NCBI GenBank assembly: GCA_965237415.1
Contig: CBDEFM010000002.1
Coordinates: 192,001 to 256,000, forward strand
Length of the DNA: 64,000 nt
Source of the DNA: Alphaproteobacteria bacterium
GTDB taxonomy: Bacteria > Pseudomonadota > Alphaproteobacteria > UBA828
Reading direction: 5' to 3'
Below the pieces are notes generated by a model. The model was not told the origin of the DNA, did no database searches, and saw nothing but the letters and a program-made list of their open reading frames with translations. Position numbers and translations under genes: made by a program. Of this stretch, positions 9,245-18,818 are shown piece by piece. The first letter of the stretch is position 1, and every line of letters starts with the position of its first letter.

Positions 9245-12200
9245 TTGACCGCGAGTCTGATCGATCTCAGCTCGGTGGGCACGACGGTCAAGTATTTCAC
9301 GGTCGCGTATTACGAGGCGGAGGGCTACTACGCGAAGAACGACCCCCGCCACCGGCGGGCGAGTTTCTGGCACGGCGAGGGGGCGGCGGCGCTGGGTCTG
9401 CCGCAGCACGTTTCGCCCAGGACCTTCGAGCGCGTTCTTGCCGGTTACGTGCCGGGGACGGAGATCCGGCTCGGCCGGGCGCGCGACGGGGAGCACCAGC
9501 ACCGCCCGGGGCTCGATCTCACGCTGTCTGCGCCGAAGTCGGTGTCGCTGGAGGCGTTGCTCTACGGCAACCGCCGGGTGCTTGGGGCTCACGACGCGGC
9601 GGTCAGGTCGACGCTGGACTGGGTCGAGGCCGAGTTGTTGCAGACGCGGGGCTACGACCCGGCGACGGGGCGGCGCCCCCGGGTGGCGGCGGACGGGCTG
9701 GTGGCGGCGGGGTTCCGGCACCTGACGAGCCGGAACCAGGACCCGCAGCTTCACACGCACTGCATTCTCGCCAACATGACGCGCAACCGGGCCGGGGAGT
9801 GGCGGAGCGTGGAGCCCACGGAGATCCGCCGCAACGTGAAGCTGATCGGCGCCTATTACCGCCAGGAGCTGGCCCGGAGGCTGATCGCGCTGGGCTTCCG
9901 CATCGAGACGACGATGATCGGCGGGGTTCCGGGCTTCGAGATCGCGGGCTACCCGCGCGAGATGCTGGATACGTTCTCGACGCGGCGCCGCGAGATTCTT
10001 GCCTGGCTGGACGCGCACGGCCTTCCGTACAGTGCGGCGCTGACGCAGCAGGCGGCGCTGATCACCCGCAAGCGCAAGGTCGACAAGGACCTCGACACGC
10101 TGAAGGCGGAGTGGAAGGCGCGGGCGGAGGGGATTGCCCACGACCGCAGCCTTGCCCGGCAGGGTCGTGCGCAAGACGGGCGCCAGTCACGAAAGACCTC
10201 CAAAGGCCGGCCCTATGTTCGGACGGAACAGGAGCTGCGGCCCGAGCCTCCGGGGCTCAGCGTCCGCGAGGTGGTCTGGCGGGCGGTGGAACATCTCGCG
10301 GAGCGCGCGTCGGTATTCCGGGAGAGCGACGTCCGGGCGATCGCGCTGAGCCATGCGCCGGGCCGGCATGGACTCGGGGAGATCGACGCGGCGGTGACGG
10401 GGCTGCTGGCCGACGGCCACCTGGTGGAGGCCAGGGTGCGGAGCGGACGTTCCTTCGTGACGGCCGACGCGCTGCGCTCTGAGCGCGAGATCATGTCCCG
10501 CATGCGCGATGGGATCGGCGCTGCCGAGGCGCTGACGGAAGAAGCGCGCGTATCGCATCGGATGGGACAGACGATCCTCACCGAGGGGCAGAGGGAGGCG
10601 GTGCGCACGATCCTGCTGTCGCACGACCGCATCGTCGCGGTGCAGGGCGTGGCAGGAGCCGGCAAGACGACGATGCTGCGCGAGGTGCTGGATCTGATCG
10701 GCGAGCGGAAGGCGATCCTGCTCGCGCCGTCGGCTGCGGCGGCCCGGGTGCTGGCCGACGAGACCGGCGCCAGGGTGCGCACCGTGCAATGGTTCCTGAC
10801 GCGCTACGGCGACCTCGGCAATGCGGCGAAGACGGCCATCGCAAGGCGCGAGCACGAGGGCTCGGTGCTGGTGCTGGACGAGTCGTCGATGACGTCGACG
10901 GCGCAGATGCAGCTCCTGATGCGGATCTCGGAGCGCCTGCGCGTCGCGCGGCTGGTGCTGGTCGGCGACCGCGGCCAGCTGCGCGCGGTCGGTGCAGGCG
11001 AGCCGTTCCGCGCCCTGCAGGATGCGGGCATCGCCATGGCCGAGATGGACGAGATCCTGCGCCAGCGCGATCCGGGCCTCAAGCGCGCCGTGAAGGCTCT
11101 GCAACAGGGCCGGGCGGCGGAAGCGGTGCGGGGGTTTGGCGAAGTGCGCGAGGTGCCGCACGAGGAGTTGGGGGCGGAGGCGGCCCGGCTCTGGCTCGCA
11201 CTCGATGAGGAGCAACGTGCGGGAACGGCGATCCTCGCGCCCACCCACTTCATCCGTGCCGAGATCCACCGCGTGGTGCGCGAGGGGCTCGCCCGTGAAG
11301 GGGTGCTGCATGGACGCGAGCTCGAGATCGAACGCTACGTGAACCGGCACCTGACGGCGGCCCAGAGGGCGGACGTCCGCCACCACGAGCCGGGCGACCT
11401 CGTGATCTTCCACTCGCGGGTGCCGCCGCTCCGGGTGGACGAAGGAGATGCCTGCCGGATCGCACGCGCCGAGGACGGGTTCGTCTTCCTCGATCACCCC
11501 TCGGGGCGCACGGTCCGCATCCGGCCGGGCGACAGCTGGGTGCGCTACCGTTTCGGGATCTACGAGACGGCGCGCATCCGGATCCGGGCGGGCGACCGGG
11601 TCCGCTGGACCAGGAACGACAAGCGGCACGACCTCCTCAACGGAGGGGAGGCGGTGGTGCTCGGGATCGACTCCCGCCGGGTGCGCTTCGACCTCGGCGG
11701 CGGAAAGCCGCTGTCGCTTGCCCGCGACGACCCGCAGCTCCGTCATATCGACTACGCCTGGAGCACGACCATTCACGCGGCGCAGGGAATGACACGGGAC
11801 GCGGCGATCGGCGTGCTGGATACCGGGCACGGCCGGCTGACCGGCCAGGCGGGGCTCTACGTGGAGGCGAGCCGGGCGCGGGACCGCTTCGTGCTGGTGA
11901 CCGACAACCGCGAGACCCTGGAGGAGGCGCTGGAGGAGAACGATGGCGCGCGGTTGACCGCGCGGGAGGCGGTGGGTGAGACGGACCTGCCGGCCCAGCC
12001 GCCGGATGCGGCGAGCCGGATGCTGCGTGATCTGCGGGACGACTGGCGTGCCCTCCTGGCACGGGCCGAAGCCGAGACTACCGAGCTCAACCGGATGGAG
12101 GGCTACGCCCGGATCGTGACCGGCATGCAGGCGCTTGCGGCCGGCCTGTATCTGCCGCCGGAGATGCAGGCCTTCGTCGACGAGGTGCGGCAGCGGGACG

Positions 12201-14446
12201 CCCGGGTGGTGGAAGGGCGGCGCGACGAGCTCGCCTTTGTGCAGAAGGCGGAGATGCACTGCCACCGGCACCCCCTCCTCAAATGGGCGGCCGAAGAGCG
12301 CGGCCTGCCGGTATCGGATCTGCCGGAGCATGCGGCGTGGCTGGCCGAGGGCGCGGCACTCGAGGAGGCCGGACGCCGGATGCAGGAGACCCCGGGCTTC
12401 GTCGGGCGGATCGCGGCGGCGCTCGGGCGGATCGCGCAGGGCTTCCGGCTCGACGAGGGGGAGAGGTTCCGCGACGCGGCCGCGCGCCACGAGGCAGACG
12501 CGCAGAGACTGGGGATCGACCCCGGCGACATGACGGGGACGGCGCAGCTCTTGCAACGGGCGGAGGCGCTGGGGCGCCACGAGCTGCCCGAAGCCGTCCG
12601 CCGGACGGTGGAGGCGTGGACTCCGGAACCCGATCCGCCTGCCCCGGAAAGGGTGCACCGGCTGCGCCCGGATCACGAGGAGGCCGGCCGCCGGATCGAG
12701 ACGTTCCTGCGGGACTGCCGGCATTGCCTGAATGCGACCGCGCCTGCGGCCGAAACACTGGACCAGCGGATCGACGCGGCGGAGACGCTTCGCCGCGAGG
12801 GGCTGCGGCTGCTCGGCGAGGGCGAGGGAGCGAAGCTCGACGATCCGGCACGCATCCGGCTGTCCCGCGCCGCCGACGAACGCGAACGGGTGCGCGAGGC
12901 CGTGGACGCGCTGGGGGCGGAAGCGCAAGGGCTCCGCTCGCGGGCGTTCATGGAACTCAGCCGGAGCGTTGCCCGGCATGGCCTTGAGGCGCACTCCGAT
13001 CCGGTCGACCTGCCGCCATGGGGGGCTCTGCGGGATCGCGCCGAGGCACTCCGGGGCGAGGCGGGGCTTGCACCGGACGCGCGGGAGGCGGTCGATGCGG
13101 TGCTCGCCCGCGATGCCCGCGTGGAGGCCGAGATCGCTCCTGTGGGAGCGTTCCTCGAAGAGGGCGCCTTGCACCTGGATCGGCGCGCCGCACTGGACGA
13201 AGGGGCTCGCGGCCTCGACCCCCCGTCCCCGGATGCGGTCCCGGCCTGGCGGGAACGCTCGCAGGACCTTCGCGAGACCGCCCTGAGCCTTTTGGGAGAG
13301 GCGCCGGCCGACACCCGGGAAACGCAGGCCGCGGCCAGTCTAGCCGACATGCCGCGGCTTCAGGGCCGTGTCCGGGAGGTGCTGGACCGGCTGGAGACCC
13401 TGGAACTGCGCGACGAGGTCGCGGACTTCCAAAAACTTGCGGCCACGGTCGAGGGGCGAGCCAGGCGGCAGGACACGCTGCCGCTGTACGTCGAGGGCTA
13501 CAGCCACGCAACCGCGATGGCGCAAACCCTCACGAGCCGCGCGGCCTTGCCGGAAGCGCCACGCCATGAGGCGGCCGCGTGGCTCGACCGCGACCGGAAC
13601 TGGAAGGAGGAACTCGCCTCGGCGCTGAAACTCACCGAAGCGCAGGAACGGGATGTCGACAGGGCCGGCCTCCCCGAGGCCCTCTCCGAGGCTCTCCCCG
13701 AGGCCTTCCGCGAGGCCGCTTGCCTTCCCGCCGTGAGGGCGGCCATCGGGCAGGAAACCGCCCGGCTCGCCCGATCACCGACCCCGGAGCGCTGGATGAC
13801 GTGGACCGGCGACGAGCCGTTGGTGGCGGGCGACTACATCGCCTGGCGCGCGGGCGGCACAGTGCACCACGCGGCGGTGGCGTTCCCGGGGAACACGGGC
13901 GGCATGCGCGCGAGCGACACGCTGCTGCTCAGGATCGCGGGGCCGGCGGACGGGACCGCTCTCGACGACGCAGGCCGGATCGTCGAGATCCATGCGCGGG
14001 CTCTGCGGGACGGCGGATGCGCCCGCGCCGCCTGGTCCGACGAGGGGCTCAGGCGGCTGGAAGCCGCCCGGCAGTATTCCGTGCCCAGCGCCGCCTGCCG
14101 GCTCGCCTGTTCCGACCCCGTCGAGGGCGACCGCATCGCCTGGACCGAAACCGCCGGCCGGACCGGAGAGGTGCGGACCATCGAGGCCGTGGTCGCCACG
14201 CGGACCGAGACCCCCGACGGGCACGAGATCGCGCTCCGGACGATCCGCGCCTCAGGCCCCGGCGCGCCGGAGCCCGGCGGCTCGATCCAGCGGACCGCGG
14301 GGGAGGTCACCGCGCGCGGCTGCTTCCGTGCCGCCTGGTCCGACGAGGCCCGGCGCGAGCGCATACTCAACCCGCCGAAGGAGGTCCAGGAGCGCACCCT
14401 GACGCTGCGCCGCGGGCGCTCCCACGGCGGAGGCATCGGCATGTGA
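9245..14446 (+). CDS. MOBF (TrwC/TraI-type) relaxase-helicase with extended repetitive C-terminus
   Basis: N-terminal YY..GYY, DLTLSAPKSVS, HLTSRNQDPQLHTH (HUH); Walker A GVAGAGKTT; LVGDRGQL; HAAQGMT; C-terminal RGRSHGGGIGM tail. Confidence 0.95.
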   Translation: MTASLIDLSSVGTTVKYFTVAYYEAEGYYAKNDPRHRRASFWHGEGAAALGLPQHVSPRTFERVLAGYVPGTEIRLGRARDGEHQHRPGLDLTLSAPKSVSLEALLYGNRRVLGAHDAAVRSTLDWVEAELLQTRGYDPATGRRPRVAADGLVAAGFRHLTSRNQDPQLHTHCILANMTRNRAGEWRSVEPTEIRRNVKLIGAYYRQELARRLIALGFRIETTMIGGVPGFEIAGYPREMLDTFSTRRREILAWLDAHGLPYSAALTQQAALITRKRKVDKDLDTLKAEWKARAEGIAHDRSLARQGRAQDGRQSRKTSKGRPYVRTEQELRPEPPGLSVREVVWRAVEHLAERASVFRESDVRAIALSHAPGRHGLGEIDAAVTGLLADGHLVEARVRSGRSFVTADALRSEREIMSRMRDGIGAAEALTEEARVSHRMGQTILTEGQREAVRTILLSHDRIVAVQGVAGAGKTTMLREVLDLIGERKAILLAPSAAAARVLADETGARVRTVQWFLTRYGDLGNAAKTAIARREHEGSVLVLDESSMTSTAQMQLLMRISERLRVARLVLVGDRGQLRAVGAGEPFRALQDAGIAMAEMDEILRQRDPGLKRAVKALQQGRAAEAVRGFGEVREVPHEELGAEAARLWLALDEEQRAGTAILAPTHFIRAEIHRVVREGLAREGVLHGRELEIERYVNRHLTAAQRADVRHHEPGDLVIFHSRVPPLRVDEGDACRIARAEDGFVFLDHPSGRTVRIRPGDSWVRYRFGIYETARIRIRAGDRVRWTRNDKRHDLLNGGEAVVLGIDSRRVRFDLGGGKPLSLARDDPQLRHIDYAWSTTIHAAQGMTRDAAIGVLDTGHGRLTGQAGLYVEASRARDRFVLVTDNRETLEEALEENDGARLTAREAVGETDLPAQPPDAASRMLRDLRDDWRALLARAEAETTELNRMEGYARIVTGMQALAAGLYLPPEMQAFVDEVRQRDARVVEGRRDELAFVQKAEMHCHRHPLLKWAAEERGLPVSDLPEHAAWLAEGAALEEAGRRMQETPGFVGRIAAALGRIAQGFRLDEGERFRDAAARHEADAQRLGIDPGDMTGTAQLLQRAEALGRHELPEAVRRTVEAWTPEPDPPAPERVHRLRPDHEEAGRRIETFLRDCRHCLNATAPAAETLDQRIDAAETLRREGLRLLGEGEGAKLDDPARIRLSRAADERERVREAVDALGAEAQGLRSRAFMELSRSVARHGLEAHSDPVDLPPWGALRDRAEALRGEAGLAPDAREAVDAVLARDARVEAEIAPVGAFLEEGALHLDRRAALDEGARGLDPPSPDAVPAWRERSQDLRETALSLLGEAPADTRETQAAASLADMPRLQGRVREVLDRLETLELRDEVADFQKLAATVEGRARRQDTLPLYVEGYSHATAMAQTLTSRAALPEAPRHEAAAWLDRDRNWKEELASALKLTEAQERDVDRAGLPEALSEALPEAFREAACLPAVRAAIGQETARLARSPTPERWMTWTGDEPLVAGDYIAWRAGGTVHHAAVAFPGNTGGMRASDTLLLRIAGPADGTALDDAGRIVEIHARALRDGGCARAAWSDEGLRRLEAARQYSVPSAACRLACSDPVEGDRIAWTETAGRTGEVRTIEAVVATRTETPDGHEIALRTIRASGPGAPEPGGSIQRTAGEVTARGCFRAAWSDEARRERILNPPKEVQERTLTLRRGRSHGGGIGM

Positions 14447-14517
14447 GGTGCGGCAACCTGGGTGGGCGCCTGCGCCTCGCCATCCGGGGACGCGTCCGAG
14501 GACGCGCGCAGCGCCGG

Positions 14518-14961
14518 TCAACGGAGCAGCGGCGGCACGCTCTCCATCCACTCCCGGAACTGCCCTTCGACGACCGGCCCGTCGTCGGCGCCGAACACCG
14601 CCACCAGCAGCGGCCCGAGCTCGTGCTCCCGGCCCTGCCGGACAAGGTCGTGCAACGTCGTCATGAGCAGCAGTTCGACCGACTGCAGCAGCCGTTCGAT
14701 CGATCCCCCGGAGGCCGCCGACAGCATGCTCTCGGCCAGGCGGTCCACCCGGTCGAGCAGCCGGCGCTGTTCCGCCTCGCTCAGCGCCAGAGCCGATGCG
14801 TCCGTCTGCGCGGGGCCGAGCTCCACGTTCAGACCGGCCGAGATCACGTGATCGTTGATCGATACGTCGCGGCTCTCCGCGACCTCGCGGATCCGTTCCC
14901 ACTCCGATTCCAGGCACGAGATCGTGAGCCGTGCCCGGGGCGTCGCGCGCCGCTCCGCCAT
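14518..14961 (-). CDS. Ribbon-helix-helix / MobC-like protein
   Basis: RLTISCLESEWERIREVAESRDVSINDHV; TGATG coupling with the upstream gene. Confidence 0.7.
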   Translation of the reverse strand: MAERRATPRARLTISCLESEWERIREVAESRDVSINDHVISAGLNVELGPAQTDASALALSEAEQRRLLDRVDRLAESMLSAASGGSIERLLQSVELLLMTTLHDLVRQGREHELGPLLVAVFGADDGPVVEGQFREWMESVPPLLR

Positions 14962-15281
14962 CAACTGCCCCCCCGGCGCGACTGGATCGCGTGCTGTATG
15001 AAGGCGATCGCTCCGAACACGGAAAGGTCGGTTCCCGGAAGTGATTCACCCAGCGCGCGGCGCACCCGGTCCAACTCCTCCACCCGCTGGTACAGCGTCA
15101 GTTGCTGTTCTTCCGACAGCACCAGCCGCGGCTCGTCTCGGCGCGGCCCGCCCGCGTCCTCGTGCAGCGCGCAGGCAACCAGGTATCCCGAGACCGACAT
15201 GCCGAGTGCGGCCGCGCGTTCCCTGATCTCGGCCCTCTCGGCCCGGGTGCAGCGCAGCGTGCGGCGCACCACGCTCGCCAT
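14961..15281 (-). CDS. Ribbon-helix-helix / MobC-like protein
   Basis: RRTLRCTRAERAEIRERAAALGMSVSGYLVACAL. Confidence 0.78.
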   Translation of the reverse strand: MASVVRRTLRCTRAERAEIRERAAALGMSVSGYLVACALHEDAGGPRRDEPRLVLSEEQQLTLYQRVEELDRVRRALGESLPGTDLSVFGAIAFIQHAIQSRRGGS

Positions 15282-15284
15282 CGC

Positions 15285-15668
15285 TCAGGGCCGCGGCGCG
15301 GGGCCGCCCTCCGGATCGGCGCTGCCGGAGACCGCCCGCCAGCGTTCGGCGGCGCCGGGATCGGTCAGACGGTCGAGCTCGGCCTCCCGGTCGAGCCACG
15401 CATCGACGGCATCGCCGAGCGCCTTCCAGCGGTCCTCCAGCCCCAAATCGGCCATCCGCCGTTCTTCGATTTTGGCGAGCAGCAGAAGCTCGCGTACCGC
15501 GCGGCGCAGAACCGTATCTGGCAGCGGGTCCGGCACGGTCGCCCGGTGCACGATGTAGCGCGAGAGATCCATGTCCGCGACCGCCGCCAGTTCGCGAATG
15601 CGCGCCCATTCGCTCGCCGTCGCCATCACCGCGTGCTGGCTGCGGCGTTCCGCCGGCCGGCGGCTCAT
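15285..15668 (-). CDS. Ribbon-helix-helix / MobC-like protein
   Basis: HAVMATASEWARIRELAAVADMDLSRYIVHRA. Confidence 0.7.
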   Translation of the reverse strand: MSRRPAERRSQHAVMATASEWARIRELAAVADMDLSRYIVHRATVPDPLPDTVLRRAVRELLLLAKIEERRMADLGLEDRWKALGDAVDAWLDREAELDRLTDPGAAERWRAVSGSADPEGGPAPRP

Positions 15669-16047
15669 GAGGGCGCCCCGCGGACCTTGCAGCGGGGCCT
15701 GATGCAGCTCATCGGAGCCGCATTCTGGCTATCAACACCTACAATATCCCTTATAATACAAATAACTCTGTCCCATCGTGATACGTCGCTCCAGCTCACC
15801 GCCCTATCGCCTCTATCCAAACACATATCCACCGCATACCCTCCACCCATACAGATCCATCATCTCAGACATACGCATTTACTTCCCAGAATGCAACTGA
15901 CCCCTCAAAGCCCCCCTTTCTTACATCAGCCCTCCACCGCCATATTCCTCTTGCATAATTCCACAACTACCAGTAATATAACACTTAATCAGGAGACAAA
16001 GCAACCCACTCAATCTCATGACTCACTCCAACCTTGTTTGTTTCTTT

Positions 16048-16073
16048 CCAACGCCACGTGCCGGGACACGATC
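16048..16073 (-). repeat. Isolated IS256-type terminal inverted repeat
   Basis: GATCGTGTCCCGGCACGTGGCGTTGG matches the IR ending at 5419 at 21/26 positions and sits exactly where the IS1595 transposase is cut. Confidence 0.6.
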
Positions 16074-16359
16074 CCTTTGCATTGGTAGCGCCGAAGACCA
16101 CGTGCCTTGCCCCGTGAAACCGCCCCCTCCCGCGCGCAATGCGGACAGCGCCGGGCCTCGTCCACAGCGAGTTCGATCGCCGCCTTCGACGCCTCGCCCG
16201 TACTCCGGCCAGACAGAACCGCCAGTGCCTCGCGCCGCTGTGCCCGCGTCAGCCCGCTCGCCGCCGAAAGCCAGCCCTGAAAATCCTGACTATCCATGAC
16301 CAAACCTCCTGAGATTCGGGCCATTCTGCCAACGATGCGTACGATTTGCGAATTGAGCC
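16074..16359 (-). mobile_element. 5' half of IS1595-family element (IR plus Zn-ribbon N-terminus)
   Basis: MDSQDFQGWL...RRCPHC...GLRRYQCKG; IR GGCTCAATTCGCAAATCGTACGC (reverse complement, ending 16359) pairs with the IR at 4568. Confidence 0.85.
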
Positions 16360-16365
16360 TTCTTC

Positions 16366-16382
16366 TATGCCTACTAGGCATA
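16366..16382. promoter_or_regulatory. Perfect palindrome, putative operator
   Basis: TATGCCTA-C-TAGGCATA overlapping a TACTAT -10-like box. Confidence 0.5.
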
Positions 16383-16507
16383 CTATATGCGCTCGTTCGG
16401 ATGAACCGGGATGACGGCGGCGTCGGGCCGTAGACGGCCGGGACTGGGCAGAGCGGCCTGTTCCGGACCGCTTTCGAGAGCGTGCCCGGCGCTGCGGGAC
16501 TTGGGCG

Positions 16508-16951
16508 ATGAAGCGCCTTGCGGCCCTGGCGGTAGCACTCACGGTGTCGTCGGCCCCCGCGGCTGCGGCCGACTACGCGTGGCCGGTGGTGCGGGTGGTC
16601 GACGGCGATACCGTGGCGGTCGATGCCTCGGCCGACATGCCGCCCGAGCTGGCCGACGTCAAAGTGCGCCTGAGAGATGTCGACACGCCGGAGAAGGGCG
16701 GTCGCGCCAAGTGCCCGGATGAGCGGGACGCCGGCCAGTCGGCGACGGAATTCACCGAGAAGGCCGTCGCAGAAGCGTCGGCGATCGTGGTGCGCGACCC
16801 CAAATGGGGCAAATGGGGCGGCCGCGTGATCGCCGACCTCGTGCTCGACAATCGTTCTCTATCGGCCTGGTTAATCGCAGCGGGGCACGGACGGGCCTAT
16901 GATGGCGGTCGGCGCGGGAGCTGGTGCCCCCAGCTTCAGACCCAGGAATAG
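16508..16951 (+). CDS. Secreted thermonuclease (SNase) family protein
   Basis: Signal peptide; VRVVDGDTV, VRLRDVDTPE, GKWGGRVIA, YDGGRRGSWC. Confidence 0.9.
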   Translation: MKRLAALAVALTVSSAPAAAADYAWPVVRVVDGDTVAVDASADMPPELADVKVRLRDVDTPEKGGRAKCPDERDAGQSATEFTEKAVAEASAIVVRDPKWGKWGGRVIADLVLDNRSLSAWLIAAGHGRAYDGGRRGSWCPQLQTQE

Positions 16952-17110
16952 CCGGACGCCGCGAACGCGTTGGCCCCAGGGCACCGGGCTCGCCCATCCC
17001 ACCGTCCGACCGCTCCCGTCCGACCGCTCCATGACTCCTTGCCGCCTGTCGGTTAGCATCGGCGCCGACCCGCGCGGCGGACGGTCGCCGAGCGCGGAAG
17101 GGAGGGACCG

Positions 17111-18523
17111 ATGGAAGGGCACGCCGTAACCAATCTCAGCCTCGAGCAGATGGACGTGGAGACCACGCTCCACGCTTTTACTCCGATCCATGAGCACGAG
17201 AAGACCGGCCCGCACATCATCACCAAGGGCGATGGCATCTACGTCACCGACAACAAGGGCAATACCTACATCGACTCCATGGCCTCGCTCTTCTGCGTCA
17301 ACGCGGGATACGGACGGAGCGAGATCGGCGAGGCGATTGCCGAGCAGGCCCGGAGCTTCCCCTACTTCCACACCATGGCGGGCCATGCCAACGAGCAGCA
17401 GATCAGGCTGAGCGACCGGCTGATGGACCTGCTGCCGGACTCCATGAGCCGGCTTCTCTACGCGAGCTCGGGCTCGGAGGCGAACGACGCCAACGTCAAG
17501 CTCGCCTGGATGTATCAGCGCTGCCGCGGCAAGCCCGAGAAGCGCAAGATGATCGGGCGGCACATGGGCTATCACGGCGTGACCGGGATCGCGACCAACC
17601 TCTCGGGCCTGCCGATCATGCACGAGGCCTTCGGCCTGCCGCTCCCGGGCTTCCTGCACACCGAGAAGGGCCACTACTACTGGGAGGGCGAGCCCGGCGA
17701 GAGCGAGCGGGACTTCTCCAAGCGTATGGCCGCCGCGTTGGAAGAGATGATCATCCAGGAGGGGCCGGAGACCGTCTGCGGCTTCATCGCCGAGCCGGTG
17801 ATGGGCGCCGCCGCCTGCGTCGCGCCGCCGGAGGGGTACTTCGAGGAAATTCAGGAGGTCCTCAGGCGCCACGACGTGCTCTTCATCGCCGACGAGGTGA
17901 TCACCGGCTTCGGCCGCCTGGGCACCTGGTTCGCGACGGAGAAATACGGCCTCGACCCCGATCTGATGACGCTGTCGAAGGGCATCACCAGCGCCTATGT
18001 GCCGCTCTCCGCTTCGGTGATTTCGGACCGCGTCTGGGAGGTGCTGCACGAGGGCTCGAAGGACATCCCCATTTTCGCGCACGGGCACACCGCGAGCGCC
18101 CATCCGCTCGCCTGCGCTGCCGCCAACGCCAACCTCGCGCTCATGGAGCACGAGGACATGGTGGGGAACGCGGCGTCGACCGGCGCCTACTTCAAGCAGC
18201 AGCTTGAGGAGCGTTGCGGCGACCACCCGCTGATGGGGGAGATCCGCGGCGACGGCCTGATGCTTGCGATCGAGCTGGTGGCGAACAAGGAGACGAAGGA
18301 AGAGCTCGACCTGGAGTGGGATTGCTCACACCGGCTCTTCGATCTCTGCCTGAAGGAGAAGCTGATCACGCGCGGCTTCTTCGGCCACAACTCGACCTCC
18401 TTCGCGCCGCCGCTGACGATCACGCCGGATCAGGTGGACGATGTGATCGACCGCTTCTCCCGCGGCCTCGATAGGCTGACGGCCGACCTCAAGACGGAGT
18501 ACGGCTTCTCCCCGCCGGCCTGA
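17111..18523 (+). CDS. Class III (omega-amino acid) aminotransferase
   Basis: SSGSEAND, FIADEVITGFGRLG, TLSKGITS. Confidence 0.95.
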   Translation: MEGHAVTNLSLEQMDVETTLHAFTPIHEHEKTGPHIITKGDGIYVTDNKGNTYIDSMASLFCVNAGYGRSEIGEAIAEQARSFPYFHTMAGHANEQQIRLSDRLMDLLPDSMSRLLYASSGSEANDANVKLAWMYQRCRGKPEKRKMIGRHMGYHGVTGIATNLSGLPIMHEAFGLPLPGFLHTEKGHYYWEGEPGESERDFSKRMAAALEEMIIQEGPETVCGFIAEPVMGAAACVAPPEGYFEEIQEVLRRHDVLFIADEVITGFGRLGTWFATEKYGLDPDLMTLSKGITSAYVPLSASVISDRVWEVLHEGSKDIPIFAHGHTASAHPLACAAANANLALMEHEDMVGNAASTGAYFKQQLEERCGDHPLMGEIRGDGLMLAIELVANKETKEELDLEWDCSHRLFDLCLKEKLITRGFFGHNSTSFAPPLTITPDQVDDVIDRFSRGLDRLTADLKTEYGFSPPA

Positions 18524-18639
18524 GCACAGGACACGGGAGCGGCGCTCAGGCTCGCCGCGGCTGCCGATGCCGGCATTCAGGCGGCCTGCGGGGTCCGCAT
18601 GCCCCGGTCCCGGTGATCCGGGGGAGGCGGAGAGGGCTG

Positions 18640-18790
18640 CCGCCCGCACCGGCGGCGAAGAGCCGCCTTGGATGGCCGGCTTCGGGGCGCTGTCCGATAT
18701 TTCGGGCGAGAACCGCCGCGTCCTCGAAGCGATCGAGATGGAGTTCGAGAGGCTCACACCCGAAGACGTCGCGTGATCCTCGCTGCCGGA
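18640..18790 (+). pseudogene. Possible remnant of a vapB-type antitoxin 3' end and the first codons of a PIN toxin
   Basis: PPWMAGFGALSDISGENRRVLEAIEMEFE...* overlapping GTGATCCTCG (MIL.., a PIN-like start). Confidence 0.4.
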
Positions 18791-18818
18791 TAGCGTTCGG
18801 CTCGGCAGGCGGCGGCCA

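Noticed and set aside
13668-13705. Short tandem repeat encoding LPEA-LSEA-LPEA in the relaxase (also CCGTCCGACCGCTC x2 near 17002)
   Set aside because: Ordinary slippage duplications with no sign of function.
18594-18610. Minus-strand ...QAA* echo of the second aminotransferase's 3' end
   Set aside because: Only three codons of similarity; indistinguishable from chance in GC-rich DNA.
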